DNA from: an uncultured Actinomycetes bacterium
Lineage (GTDB): Bacteria > Actinomycetota > Thermoleophilia > UBA2241
Direction of reading: 5' to 3'
DNA: 18,652 nt
Assembly (NCBI GenBank): GCA_963755025.1
Contig: CAVWIH010000006.1
Location: 1 to 18,652, forward strand
A program made the translations under genes and the position numbers. Below the pieces are notes generated by a model, which saw only the letters and a list, made by a program, of their open reading frames with translations, ran no database searches and was not told the origin of the DNA. Positions 8,699 through 17,817 of the stretch are shown here, piece by piece; position 1 is the first letter of the stretch; every line of letters begins with the position of its first letter.

Positions 8699-9719
8699 TC
8701 AGAAGATGCCGAAGTGGATCATGGAGACGCCGCCGAAGACGAGGCAGTAGACGGCGAACGGAATGAGCGTGCGTGTCTTGAAGTAGCGCGACAGAAAGAC
8801 GATCGCAAAGAGCGACGACCCCGCCGCGGCCAGAGCGCCGGCCAGCACGGGGCCGCGGATGCCGGCCCCCAGGGGCCCCGTCAGGTCGCCGACCTTGAGG
8901 ATGCCGGCCGCGAAGATCACGGGGGTCGAGAGCAGGAACGAGAAGCGCAGGGCGTTCTCGTTGTTCAGGCCGCGGAACAGGCCGCCGACCATGGCGATCC
9001 CCTCGCGGCTGATGCCGGCCAGGAGCGCGAGCGCCTGCGCCGCGCCGATCAGCCCTGAGCTGAGCCAGCCGATCCCGGCCAGTTCGTGCTCGGCGCCGGC
9101 GTCCATGGGCACGATCGCGTCGTCGCGAAAGCGCGCCTGGCTCGTGGGCCGGCCGCCGGTCTCGACCGTCAGCCGTCGGCGATGAGGGTGCGGCCGAGGC
9201 GGCCGCGGCGGCCGCGGCGGGCACGCCGGCCGCGGCGGCGAGCCGCACGTTGCGGCGCCTGTAGGCCTCGCCGGCCAGCAGGATCAAGCCGTTGACGGTA
9301 AGGAAGAACGCCGCCGCCAGGGGCTTGGCGAAGAGCACGCGGAACTGGTGCTCGAAGGCGAGGCCGAGAAGGCCGACCGGGATCGTCGCGACGACGATCA
9401 GCCAGGCGAGCCGTTCGGCGTCGGTCTCGATGCGGTGCCTGACCAGCGTGCGCACGAACCCCTTGGCGATGCGCGCCCACTCGCGGATGTAGAAGGCCAG
9501 CAGCACCAGGGCCGTCGCCAGGTGGAGGCCCACGACGAAGGCCAGGTACGGGCTCTCGGGCAGTGACTCCTGGCGGACGAGCGTCGCCCAGCTGCCGCCG
9601 AACCACGAGGGGATCAGCACGGTGTGACCGAGGCTGGAGATCGGGAACAGCTCGCCGATCCCCTGGATGATGCCGATCACGATCGCCTGAAGGTAGCTCA
9701 TGTGGTAGACGTGGTGCAC
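8699..9719 (-). CDS. uppP: Undecaprenyl-diphosphate phosphatase (BacA/UppP family); apparent frameshift in an Ala-rich loop
   Basis: N-terminal GIIQGIGELFPISSLGH, VGLHLATALVLL and IVVATIPVGLLG in ORF 7755..9743. C-terminal half IGAAQALALLAGISREG...ALRFSFLLSTPVIFAAG...PFAVYC in ORF 8699..9112. The frame switch lies at about 9130-9240. GTG 9719 follows AGAGGA. Confidence 0.9.
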
Positions 9720-9937
9720 GGCTTCATCCTCTCTGGTGCTCACTGGTGACCGGACACGGCACTCTACCGCACGGTCATCGCCGCCGGTCCGGATGGCTAT
9801 CGTCCTATTGTCGCCACAAGCCCGCCGTAGCTACACGTGCGTATCGTCGTTCCCGGTCGCCGTGGATCGCCCGGCAGGGGCTCGGCGTCGCGCTCACGTG
9901 CGGGGCCCGGCGAGTCATGCACCGCGGACCGTTCGCC

Positions 9938-10933
9938 CTAGCGGTGGGTCACGCCCGCCTGGGCGCCGACGGCGAGCTCGAAGTCGCGCGACACGACGTC
10001 GCCCAGGGCGGCGTCGATCGCCGCGAGGGTGTCGGCCGACAGCTTCACGCCCGATACCGCCGCGTTGTCGAGCACCTGCTCGGGGCGCGAGGCGCCCACG
10101 ATCGCCGCGGCGACCTCGTCGCGGCGCAGCACCCAGGCGAGGGCGAGGTGCGACAGCGACAGGCCGGCCTGCTCCGCCACCGGACGGAGTCGCTGCACGG
10201 CTTCGAGCACGGGCTCGCGCAGCCAGCGCTTGACCATGGGACCCATCTCGGGGCTGGCGGCGCGCGAGCCGGCCGGCGCCGGCTCGCCCGGCAGGTACTT
10301 GCCGCTGAGCACGCCCTGCGCCAGGGGCGACCAGACGATCTGGCTGATGCCGTGGTCGGCGCACAGCTTGAAGACCTCGCGCTCGGGCCCGCGCCACAGC
10401 ATGTTGTACTGCGGCTGCGACGAGACGAACCTGGTGGCGCCCTCGACCTCGAGGCCGGCGCGGATCTGTTCGGGAGTCCACTCGCTGAAGCCGATCCAGC
10501 GCGCCTTGCCGGAGCGCACGACCTCGCTCAGGGCCGCCATGGTCTCCTCGATCGGCGTGGCGACGTCGAAGCGGTGGCATTGGTAGAGGTCGACGTAGTC
10601 GGTACGCAGGCGGGCGAGCGAGGCGTCGATCTGGGTGTGCACCTCGGCCGCCGTGAGGCCGCCGGCGTGGCCCTCGGCCATCGGCCAGAAGAGCTTCGTG
10701 GCCAGCACGTACGAGCTGCGCGGGTAGCCTGACAGGATCTCTCCCCAGGCCGTCTCGGCGGCGCCGCGACCGTAGACGTTGGCGGTGTCGAAGAAGTTGA
10801 TGCCCGCGTCGAACGCGGCCCTGGTGCACGCTTCGGTCGTCTCGCGGCTCACGCCCCCCGAGTAGGTCAACCACGACCCCAGCGCGATCTCTGATACGGC
10901 CAGGTCGCTCCTGCCCAGCGTGCGGTAGTCCAT
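9938..10933 (-). CDS. Aldo/keto reductase (NAD(P)H-dependent, Kv-beta/Tas-like)
   Basis: ATG 10933 follows CAGGAGG. Motifs MDYRTLGRSDLAVSEIALGSW, GINFFDTANVYG, VLATK, SLARLRTDYVDLYQCHRFD, GKARWIGFSEW, WSPLAQGVLSGKY and AIVGAS. Confidence 0.93.
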   Translation of the reverse strand: MDYRTLGRSDLAVSEIALGSWLTYSGGVSRETTEACTRAAFDAGINFFDTANVYGRGAAETAWGEILSGYPRSSYVLATKLFWPMAEGHAGGLTAAEVHTQIDASLARLRTDYVDLYQCHRFDVATPIEETMAALSEVVRSGKARWIGFSEWTPEQIRAGLEVEGATRFVSSQPQYNMLWRGPEREVFKLCADHGISQIVWSPLAQGVLSGKYLPGEPAPAGSRAASPEMGPMVKRWLREPVLEAVQRLRPVAEQAGLSLSHLALAWVLRRDEVAAAIVGASRPEQVLDNAAVSGVKLSADTLAAIDAALGDVVSRDFELAVGAQAGVTHR

Positions 10934-11079
10934 GTCGGCCTCCTGAAAGTCGAGCGAGTGTCGGCGCCCTGGCGGTGTCCTTGCCGACAGACGCGCCGGC
11001 GGACGCGCTCGCCTGCGGTCGCCTTGCCGACGATGTTGCCGTCGCGGCGGGCGCCGAAACAGATGGTGAGCCCGCGCCG

Positions 11080-12072
11080 CTACAACCCGAGCGTCCTGCC
11101 GCTGCCCTCGACCAGCTGCACCACGATGCGCTGCGGCACCTTGGCGCGCACGGCCCTCTTCAGGCTGTCGGTCGGCGGCGGCGTCCCGGGGCCGAGCACG
11201 TCGATGACGATGTCGCCGCCCACCTGCTCCACGCTCTCGACCTGCCACCCGGTGCCCTTCACCCACCGGCCGGCGGCGGTCTCCGACGCGCCGACCCACT
11301 GCTCGTAGCGCAGCGTGCGCAGCGACGCGAGGCTGAGCGGCACGAGCAGCACGACCACGAAGACCACGATGAGCACTTTGGCGCGCCGCCCCGGCCGCCG
11401 GCCGCGGCTGGCGGCCGCGCGCTGGTAACCCGCCGCCGTAAAGACGACCGTGCCGGCCACGATGATGGCGGCGGCGTTGGTGAGGAACAGGACAAAGGCG
11501 CCCCACGCCAGGTCTGTGCGCCCCGAGCCGAGCGTGATGCCGACCACGGCCAGCACCGGCACGAGCGAGATGGCGATCGCCACGCCGGCGAGGATGTTCG
11601 ACACGTCGCGGCGCACGAGGGCGAACGAGCCCGCCACGCCGACGGCCACCGCGATGGCCAGGTCGAGCAGCGTCGGCGCCGTGCGGCCGATGATCTGGGG
11701 GTTATCGGCTATGGGCATGCGCGCGATGGTCACCAGGCCGACCAGAAAGCCGAGCAGGATGTTGACGGCGATGCCGGCCACGAGCAGCCCGAGCGAGGCG
11801 AACAGGTCGCGCCGCGAGCCCGTCACGGTGGCCAGGGCGACGCCGTAGATGGGGGTCGCCAGCGGCGCCACGATCATCGCGCCGATCACCGCCGGCGTCG
11901 AATCGCCGACCACGCCGCCGGCGGCGATGAGGCTGGCGAGCACGAGCAGCATCCAGAACTGCGAGGTCTTCGCCCGCCGCGCGCCCGAGGTCAGGAACAG
12001 CGCGTCCTCGATGTCGGCCAGTGGGTAGCGATACTCACCGCCGGCGTCGATCGCCCTTGAAAGCCAGCCCAT
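11080..12072 (-). CDS. DUF389 (TIGR00341-like) multi-pass membrane protein
   Basis: ATG 12072 follows GGAAAGG. Motifs LASLIAAGGVVGDSTPAVIGAMIVAPLATPI, RTAPTLLDLAIAVAVGVAG, LAGVAIAISLVPVL and GAFVLFLTN. Confidence 0.88.
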   Translation of the reverse strand: MGWLSRAIDAGGEYRYPLADIEDALFLTSGARRAKTSQFWMLLVLASLIAAGGVVGDSTPAVIGAMIVAPLATPIYGVALATVTGSRRDLFASLGLLVAGIAVNILLGFLVGLVTIARMPIADNPQIIGRTAPTLLDLAIAVAVGVAGSFALVRRDVSNILAGVAIAISLVPVLAVVGITLGSGRTDLAWGAFVLFLTNAAAIIVAGTVVFTAAGYQRAAASRGRRPGRRAKVLIVVFVVVLLVPLSLASLRTLRYEQWVGASETAAGRWVKGTGWQVESVEQVGGDIVIDVLGPGTPPPTDSLKRAVRAKVPQRIVVQLVEGSGRTLGL

Positions 12073-12206
12073 GTGTCGCCTTTCCCTCCGATGCCGCCTT
12101 GCCTGCGGCGACGTTATCACGCCGCCATCGCGGTGAGGGGGCCGGAGCCCGACGCCAAGCCGCCGCCCACGGTTTGCCCGCCGCCCGGCCCGGGCACCCA
12201 CGAGCC

Positions 12207-14568
12207 GTGACCGAAGGGGATGCATACGGGCTGGAACCGTGGGCGCTCCGCGAGACCCGGCTCGACCTCGAGGCGCTCGCCCAGAGCGAATCCATCTTCG
12301 CGCTGGCCAACGGCCATCTGGGGCTGCGCGGCAACCTCGACGAGGGTGAGCCCGCCAGCCTGAGCGGCACCTATCTGAACGGCTTCTTCGAAGCGCACCC
12401 CATCAACTACGCCGAGCTTGCCTTCGGCCTGCCCGCCGCCGGCCAGACCATCGTCAACGTCACCGACGGCAAGCTCATCCGGCTGCTGGTCGAAGACGAG
12501 CCCATGGACGTCCACCGTGGCACCCTGCTCAGCCACGAGCGCGTGCTCGACCTGCGCACCGGCATCCTCGAGCGTCGCCTCGACTGGAAGTCGATCGGCG
12601 GGCGCGTGGTGCGCGTCACGAGCCGGCGCCTCGTGTCGTTTCGCTTTCGCAGCGTGGCGGCCATCAGCTACGAGGTCGAGGCGCTCGACGAGCCCCTGCG
12701 CGTGGCCCTGCAGTCGAGCCTGCTGGCCAACGAGAGCGACGTCGTCTCGACCGCCGACCCGCGGCGCTCGGCGGCGCTCTCCGACGTGCTCGAGGGCCGC
12801 ATAGACGTGGCGCGCGGCACGCGCGTCGTGCTGGCCCACACGACGCGCTCGAGCGGCCTGTCGCTGGCCGCCGGCATGGAGCACGTGATCGAGGCCGACG
12901 ACAGCCCCGCCACGCTGGCCGAAAGCGAGCCCGACCTGGGCCGGCTGACGCTGTCGGCGTCGATCGCCCCGGGGCGACCGCTGCGGCTCGTCAAGCTGCT
13001 CGCCTACCACTGGTCGTCGCAGCAGTCCGTGGAGTGGCTGCGCGACCAGGTCGACGGCAGCCTCGAGACCGCCCTGGCCGAGGGCTTCGACGGCCTGGCG
13101 CGCGCCCAGCGCGCCTACCTCGACGAGTTCTGGTCGCGAGCCGACGTAGAGATCGACGGCGACCCCGCGCTGCAGCAGGCCATCCGCTTCGCCCTGTTCC
13201 AGACCCTGCAGGCCAGCGCGCGGGCCGAGGAGCGGGCCATCCCGGCCAAGGGCCTCACCGGCGCCGGGTACGACGGCCACGCGTTCTGGGACAGCGAGTC
13301 GTTCGTCTTGCCGCTGCTCACCTACATCGCCCCGAGCCTGGCGCGTGATGCCCTCGTCTGGCGTCACTCCACCCTGGGACCGGCCCGCCAGCGCGCCCGC
13401 CAGGTGGGCCTCGCCGGCGCCGCGTTCCCCTGGCGCACCATCCGCGGCGAGGAGTGCTCGGGGTACTGGCCGGCCGGCCTGGCCGCGGTCCACGTGAACG
13501 CCGATATCGCCGACGCGGTGCGCCGGTACGTGCAGGCGACCGGCGACCAGGAGTTCGAGCGGCGCTACGGGGTCGAGCTGCTGGTCGAGACGGCCCGCCT
13601 GTGGGCGTCGCTCGGGCACGCCGGCGCCGATGGACGCTTTCGCATAGACGGCGTGACCGGCCCCGACGAGTACTCGGCGCTCGTCAACAACAACGTCTAC
13701 ACCAACCTCATGGCGCAGACCAACCTGCAGGCCGCCGTCGAGGCCGCCGGGCGCCACCCGCAGACGGCCCACGAGCTCGGCGTCGTCGACGACGAGCTCG
13801 CCGCGTGGCGCGCGGCCGCGGCGTCGATGTACCTGCCCTACGACGCCGACCTCGGCGTGCACCCTCAGGACCAGGACTACCTGCTGCACGAGCGCTGGGA
13901 CTTTGCCGCGACCTCGCCCGACGACTACCCGCTGCTGCTGCACTTCACGTACTTCGACCTGTACCGCAAGCAGGTGACCAAGCAGGCCGACCTCGTGCTC
14001 GCCCTGTTCGTGCGCTCGCGCTCGTTCACGGCCGAGGAGAAGCGCCGCGACTTCGACTACTACGAGGGCGTCACCGTGCGCGACTCGTCACTGTCGGCCT
14101 GCACGCAGGCGATCGTGGCCGCCGAGGTCGGCCACCTCGAGCTGGCCCACCGCTACCTCACCGAGGCGGCCTTCATGGACCTCCACGACCTTGAGCACAA
14201 CATCCGCGACGGGCTGCACATCGCCTCGCTGGCCGGCGCTGCCTGGGCGGTGGTCGCGGGGCTCGGCGGCATGCGCGACGACGGTGGGCAGATCACCTTT
14301 GCCCCGCGCCTGCCGGCCGGCATCGAGCGCGTCGCCTTTCGGGTCGCGTTCGGGGGCAACGCGCTGCGCGTCGAGGTCACTCCCGGCGAAGCGCGCTATA
14401 GCTCCAGGCCCGACGGCAAACCCCTCGCCTTTGCCCATTGGGGCGAGACCGTGACGGCTGCCGGCGGGCGGCTCGGTGACCGAGCCGATCCCCGCGTTGC
14501 AGCCGCTGCCCGAGCCGGCCCAGCCGCCGCATCGCGCTCCGGCGGCGCTCGGCGGGGACGGCGTCTAG
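12207..14568 (+). CDS. Glycoside hydrolase family 65 protein (trehalose/maltose/kojibiose phosphorylase-like); apparent frameshift near the C-terminus
   Basis: Motifs ESIFALANGHLGLRGNLDEG, IPAKGLTGAGYDGHAFWDSE, GAAFPWRTI, HVNADIA, catalytic GVTGPDEY, KQADLVL and DSSLS. One extra base near 14457 restores VTLPAGGSVTEPIPALQPLPEPAQPPHRAP...GV with TAG at 14566-14568. Confidence 0.92.
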
Positions 14569-14645
14569 CCTGCGCGCTCCGGCGAGGCGCGGCCCCCGGC
14601 GCGCTCGCCCGTTCTCTGCGGCCCTCGGAAGGATCTACCGTCGTC

Positions 14646-14672
14646 GGGAAGAAACCGCGCCCGGCCGGCGTC
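14646..14672 (+). promoter_or_regulatory. Candidate ECF sigma-dependent promoter upstream of the lipoprotein gene
   Basis: GGGAAGAAA (14646-14654) and CGTC (14669-14672) give GGAAG-N17-CGTC, resembling generic ECF -35 GGAA / -10 CGT boxes. It lies 45 nt upstream of the ATG, with RBS GGAAGG at 14705-14710. Confidence 0.45.
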
Positions 14673-14716
14673 GATGATGGTGTACGGCAAAACCATCGGA
14701 CCACGGAAGGTCGTCG

Positions 14717-15229
14717 ATGAAACGATTCCTCATCTTCGTCGGAGCCGCCGTCGCCGTCGCTGTGACGGTCGCCGCCTGCGGCTCGCGCGCGAGTGCGACC
14801 ACCACGACCACGGCCACCGTCGCGACCAGGCAGGTCGCCGGCGCCACGGTGCTGGTCACCGCGACGGGACTGCCCCTGTACACCAACGACCAGGACTCGG
14901 CCGCGATGGTGCACTGCACCGGGGCCTGCGCCACCGTCTGGCGGCCCTTGACCATCGCCTCGGGCTCGCCGACCGGCACCTCCGCCGCCGGCGCTCTGGG
15001 CGTCGTCTCGCTGTCCGACGGCACGCGGCAAGTGACCGTTGGCGGCAAGCCCGTCTACACGTTCGTGGCCGACAAAGCCGGTAACGTCACCGGCAACGGC
15101 GCGCACGACCAGTTCGCCGGCGAGAGGTTCAGCTGGCACGTCGTGACCACCGGCGGCACGCCCGTTTCGGCGGACGGGTCGGCCGGTGCAGCGGGCGGCT
15201 CGGGCATGAGCAGCGGCAGCCGGTATTAG
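14717..15229 (+). CDS. Predicted lipoprotein with Yx(FWY)xxD repeats (COG4315 / Lipoprotein_15 family)
   Basis: MKRFLIFVGAAVAVAVTVAAC lipobox, Thr-rich linker, GLPLYTNDQD, CTGACATVWRPL and DGTRQVTVGGKPVYTFVAD...GNVTGNG...W. Confidence 0.88.
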   Translation: MKRFLIFVGAAVAVAVTVAACGSRASATTTTTATVATRQVAGATVLVTATGLPLYTNDQDSAAMVHCTGACATVWRPLTIASGSPTGTSAAGALGVVSLSDGTRQVTVGGKPVYTFVADKAGNVTGNGAHDQFAGERFSWHVVTTGGTPVSADGSAGAAGGSGMSSGSRY

Positions 15230-15280
15230 TATGCGGTCGAGGTGACGAACGGCGCGCCGTGTCTGCCGGGAGCGCCGCGT

Positions 15281-15315
15281 GAGGCGCCGGACACGAACGC
15301 ATCGTCCGGCGCCTC
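15281..15315 (+). terminator. Hairpin between the lipoprotein and anti-sigma genes
   Basis: 12-bp perfect stem gaggcgccggac / gtccggcgcctc with an 11-nt loop; no U-tract. Confidence 0.45.
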
Positions 15316-15360
15316 GTCGAGAGGCGAGATCTGGTCGAGTGTGCGATACGACAGGGTGGA

Positions 15361-16186
15361 ATGGACGAGACCGTCACTGAGCTGGGACCAGAGCCCGACG
15401 ACCGCGAACTGGCCGACCTTTGCGCGCTGGCCGACGGCAGCCTGCCCGTCGAGCGGCGCGCCGAGGTCGAGGCCCGCATCGCGGCCTCGCCGCGCCTCGC
15501 GGCCATGCTCGCGCGCCAGCGGAGAGCGCTGGCGGCCACCGCCCTTCTGGCCGACGAACCGGTCCCGGCGACGGCTCACCGCGAGCGTCGAGGCGGCCGT
15601 CGCCCAGGCGCCCGGCCCAGCGCGTCCGGCGGCGCGCGGGCAGTGGTGGCGGGGCAGGCGCCTGGCGTGGCGGCTGTCCGCGGGCGGCGCGCTCGCCGCG
15701 GCGATCGCGGTCGCCCTGGTGCTCACGCTGAGTAGCGGCCACGCGGCGCCGTCGGTGTCGGCCGCGGCGCGGCTGGCCCTCGAACCGGCGGCCGGACCGG
15801 CCCCCGCCGAGCTCGGCACGAGCCACACGGAACTGGCCGCCGACGTGCAGGGCCTGGAATTCCCCGACTACGCACGAGCCTTTGGCTGGCAGGCCAGCGG
15901 GGTGCGCCACGGTCGCGTCGGCGGCCGCCCGGCGACCGTCGTCACCTACTCCAAAGCCGGCCGCCGCATCGGCTACGCCATCGTCGCGGGCGCCGCTCTG
16001 CCGCGGCCGCCCGGCGCCGCCGCGACCGTCATCGGCGGCATCCGGTTTCAGACGGTGTCGTTCGAGGGCCGAGTCGTGGTGACCTGGCGTCGCCTGGGCC
16101 ATACCTGCGTGCTGATCGGCGACGCGCCGCGCGCCGAGCTGCTCAGCCTCGCGAGCTGGCGGGCCGGCGGCACCCTGGGGTACTAG
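15361..16186 (+). CDS. Putative transmembrane anti-sigma factor; apparent frameshift near 15571
   Basis: N-terminal ASD-like LCALADGSLPVERRAEVEARIAASPRLAAML (ORF 15361) continues in frame 15242..16186 as RLTASVEAAV, then Arg-rich WWRGRR, TM helix GGALAAAIAVALVLTL and an extracytoplasmic domain (FPDY...GW...GRRIGYAIVAG...GHTCVL). It is adjacent to an ECF sigma gene. Confidence 0.72.
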
Positions 16187-16209
16187 AGCGCGAACGGGCG
16201 AAGGGCGAC

Positions 16210-16734
16210 CTAGCGGACGTCCTCGAGGCGCTTTGCCAGCCGGTCGCGCGCCCGCGACAACCTGCTGGTCACCGTGCCTTCGGGCACGTTCAGCACGCGC
16301 GCTGCCTCGGTGTAGCTGAGACCGGCGACGTCGACCGCGACGATGGCGTCGCGAAACTCGTCGGGCAGTTCGGAGATGGCCGTGAAGACGTCGTGGAGCT
16401 CGGCCGCCCGGCCGGGGTCGACGGTGGCTGAGTCGGCTTGGGCGAGGTCGTCGCTGAGCGAGGTCGTGGCCGGCCGTCGGCTCGCCGTCCGGTACTGGCT
16501 CATCAGCACGTTGTGCATGGCCCGCAGCAGATAGCCCACGTCGTCTTCGCTGCGCAGCAGGCGGGGCTTGGCGAGCCCTTGGGCGATGGTCTCCTGCACC
16601 AGGTCCTCGGCGTCCTGCCGCGAAGCAGTCCAGGCGCGGGCGGCCCGGTAGAGGACCGGCAGGTGCGTCACGAAGCTCTCGGGGTCCAGCCGGCGCGTGG
16701 TCAGCTCCACTCTCGCATGGCGGAAGCTTAGCAT
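16210..16734 (-). CDS. ECF-family RNA polymerase sigma factor
   Basis: Region 2 LYRAARAWTASRQDAEDLVQET...YLLRAMHN; region 4 AISELPDEFRDAIVAVDVAGLSYTEAARVLNVPEGTVTSRLSRAR. Start uncertain (ATG 16734 or GTG 16710). Confidence 0.92.
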   Translation of the reverse strand: MLSFRHARVELTTRRLDPESFVTHLPVLYRAARAWTASRQDAEDLVQETIAQGLAKPRLLRSEDDVGYLLRAMHNVLMSQYRTASRRPATTSLSDDLAQADSATVDPGRAAELHDVFTAISELPDEFRDAIVAVDVAGLSYTEAARVLNVPEGTVTSRLSRARDRLAKRLEDVR

Positions 16735-16780
16735 TGGGTCTACAGCGCCCGTCGCAGGGGCGCACGCGCACGACGACACC

Positions 16781-16808
16781 TTGCGCCGGCGGCGTGACGC
16801 GCCACAAT
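16781..16808 (+). promoter_or_regulatory. Candidate housekeeping sigma promoter for the Zn-ribbon gene
   Basis: TTGCGC (16781-16786), a 16-nt spacer and CACAAT (16803-16808) in the divergent intergenic region. Confidence 0.35.
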
Positions 16809-16911
16809 GGTGATCGGGGAGCGGGGCGGCTATCGCCCCCGCGTCCGAGCGCGCCTGGTCGTCACTCGTGCCGGGTTCGTGCGGGGAATGGTGCGGCAAG
16901 GAGAGGGGACG

Positions 16912-17103
16912 ATGGAGCAGCGGTTCTGTCCGGAGTGCGGCGGCGACGACGTTCGCCCGGTCGCCAGCGCCGACGGCACCTTCGAAAAGACGGCGTTCAG
17001 ATGTGAAGAGTGCGGCTGGGCGGGCCTGGGGCGCCAGCTCGTGGTCTACCAGGATCCGGTCGACGAAGACGGTGCACGCGACACCGCCGATCGCGGACCG
17101 TGA
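16912..17103 (+). CDS. Small (63 aa) zinc-ribbon-like protein
   Basis: ATG 16912 follows GGAGAGGGG. MEQRFCPECGG...FRCEECGW gives two CxxC pairs, followed by an acidic tail. Confidence 0.7.
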   Translation: MEQRFCPECGGDDVRPVASADGTFEKTAFRCEECGWAGLGRQLVVYQDPVDEDGARDTADRGP

Positions 17104-17177
17104 CGCCCGCCCCGACCGTATCGCGGGGCGACCCGCAGGCACCGACCGATGGACTTGCGAAAGGTGGGAGCGTCCTC

Positions 17178-17762
17178 ATGACACCCGGCGAGCAGGCAGT
17201 ATCCGACGCGGCGTCCGGCGCGGCGACACGCGGCGACCTGACGATGTGGTGCGAGCGCGCGGTGGCGCTCGGCGCCGCCGCGGCGACCCCGATGCCCGGT
17301 TCAAAGGTGGTCGTCGCCGAGTGGGTGCGCATGAAGTGCCTGTTCGGCTGCGACGAGCCCGGCGTGCACCGGACCTGTCCGCCCAATGCGCCGCCGGTCG
17401 AGCAGACCAGGCGCCTGGTCGGCGAGTTCGAGCGCGCCATCCTGCTCGAAGCGGGCCCGTTCGTAGGCCCCGAGAAGAGCGACGACGAGTCCCGGCGCCT
17501 CAACGACGTCGGGCTGGCGCTCGAGCGCGAGCTCTTTCTGGCCGGCTACTACAAGGCGTGGCTCATGGGCGCCGGCCCGTGCGACGTCTGCGGCGCTTGC
17601 ACGCGCGGCGACGACTGCCCCACGCCGGAGCGCGCCCGGCCGTCGATGGAAGGCTGTGGCCTCGACGTCTACGCCACGGCCCGCAACGCGGGCCGCCAGA
17701 TCGACGTCGTACGCACGCGAGACGCCGAGTACCGCTTCTTCGCCCTCGTCCTGGTCGATTGA
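17178..17762 (+). CDS. DUF2284 family Cys-rich putative metal/Fe-S-binding protein
   Basis: Motifs VVVAEWVRMKCLFGC...TCPPNAP, LERELFLAGYYKA, GPCDVCGAC...CPTPERARPSMEGCGLDVYATARNAG. ATG 17178 follows GGGAG. Confidence 0.87.
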   Translation: MTPGEQAVSDAASGAATRGDLTMWCERAVALGAAAATPMPGSKVVVAEWVRMKCLFGCDEPGVHRTCPPNAPPVEQTRRLVGEFERAILLEAGPFVGPEKSDDESRRLNDVGLALERELFLAGYYKAWLMGAGPCDVCGACTRGDDCPTPERARPSMEGCGLDVYATARNAGRQIDVVRTRDAEYRFFALVLVD

Positions 17763-17817
17763 CGGCTCGCGGGAGCTGGGCGGCTGTCCCCAGCGCGACG
17801 GCGGTCCTACGGCGCCA

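Noticed and set aside
7755-9743. Apparent 662-aa UppP fusion protein
   Set aside because: The sequence after the Ala-rich loop is out-of-frame read-through; the real C-terminal half is in ORF 8699..9112.
14682-14716. GGCAAAACC resembling the start of a c-di-GMP-I riboswitch
   Set aside because: There is no GNRA-capped stem or following GCAAAG element, and too little room before the start codon.
14455-14720. GH65 ORF extending to 14720 and overlapping the lipoprotein start (translational coupling)
   Set aside because: The extension is Arg/Ala-rich out-of-frame sequence; a one-base correction gives a natural Pro-rich end at 14568 and frees a promoter region.
16790-16862. Superficial resemblance to a ZTP riboswitch (cgtgac...ggggagcg...cgcctgg)
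   Set aside because: It lacks the UGGCG segment needed for the pseudoknot, and the downstream genes are not purine or folate related. An Rfam scan would settle it.
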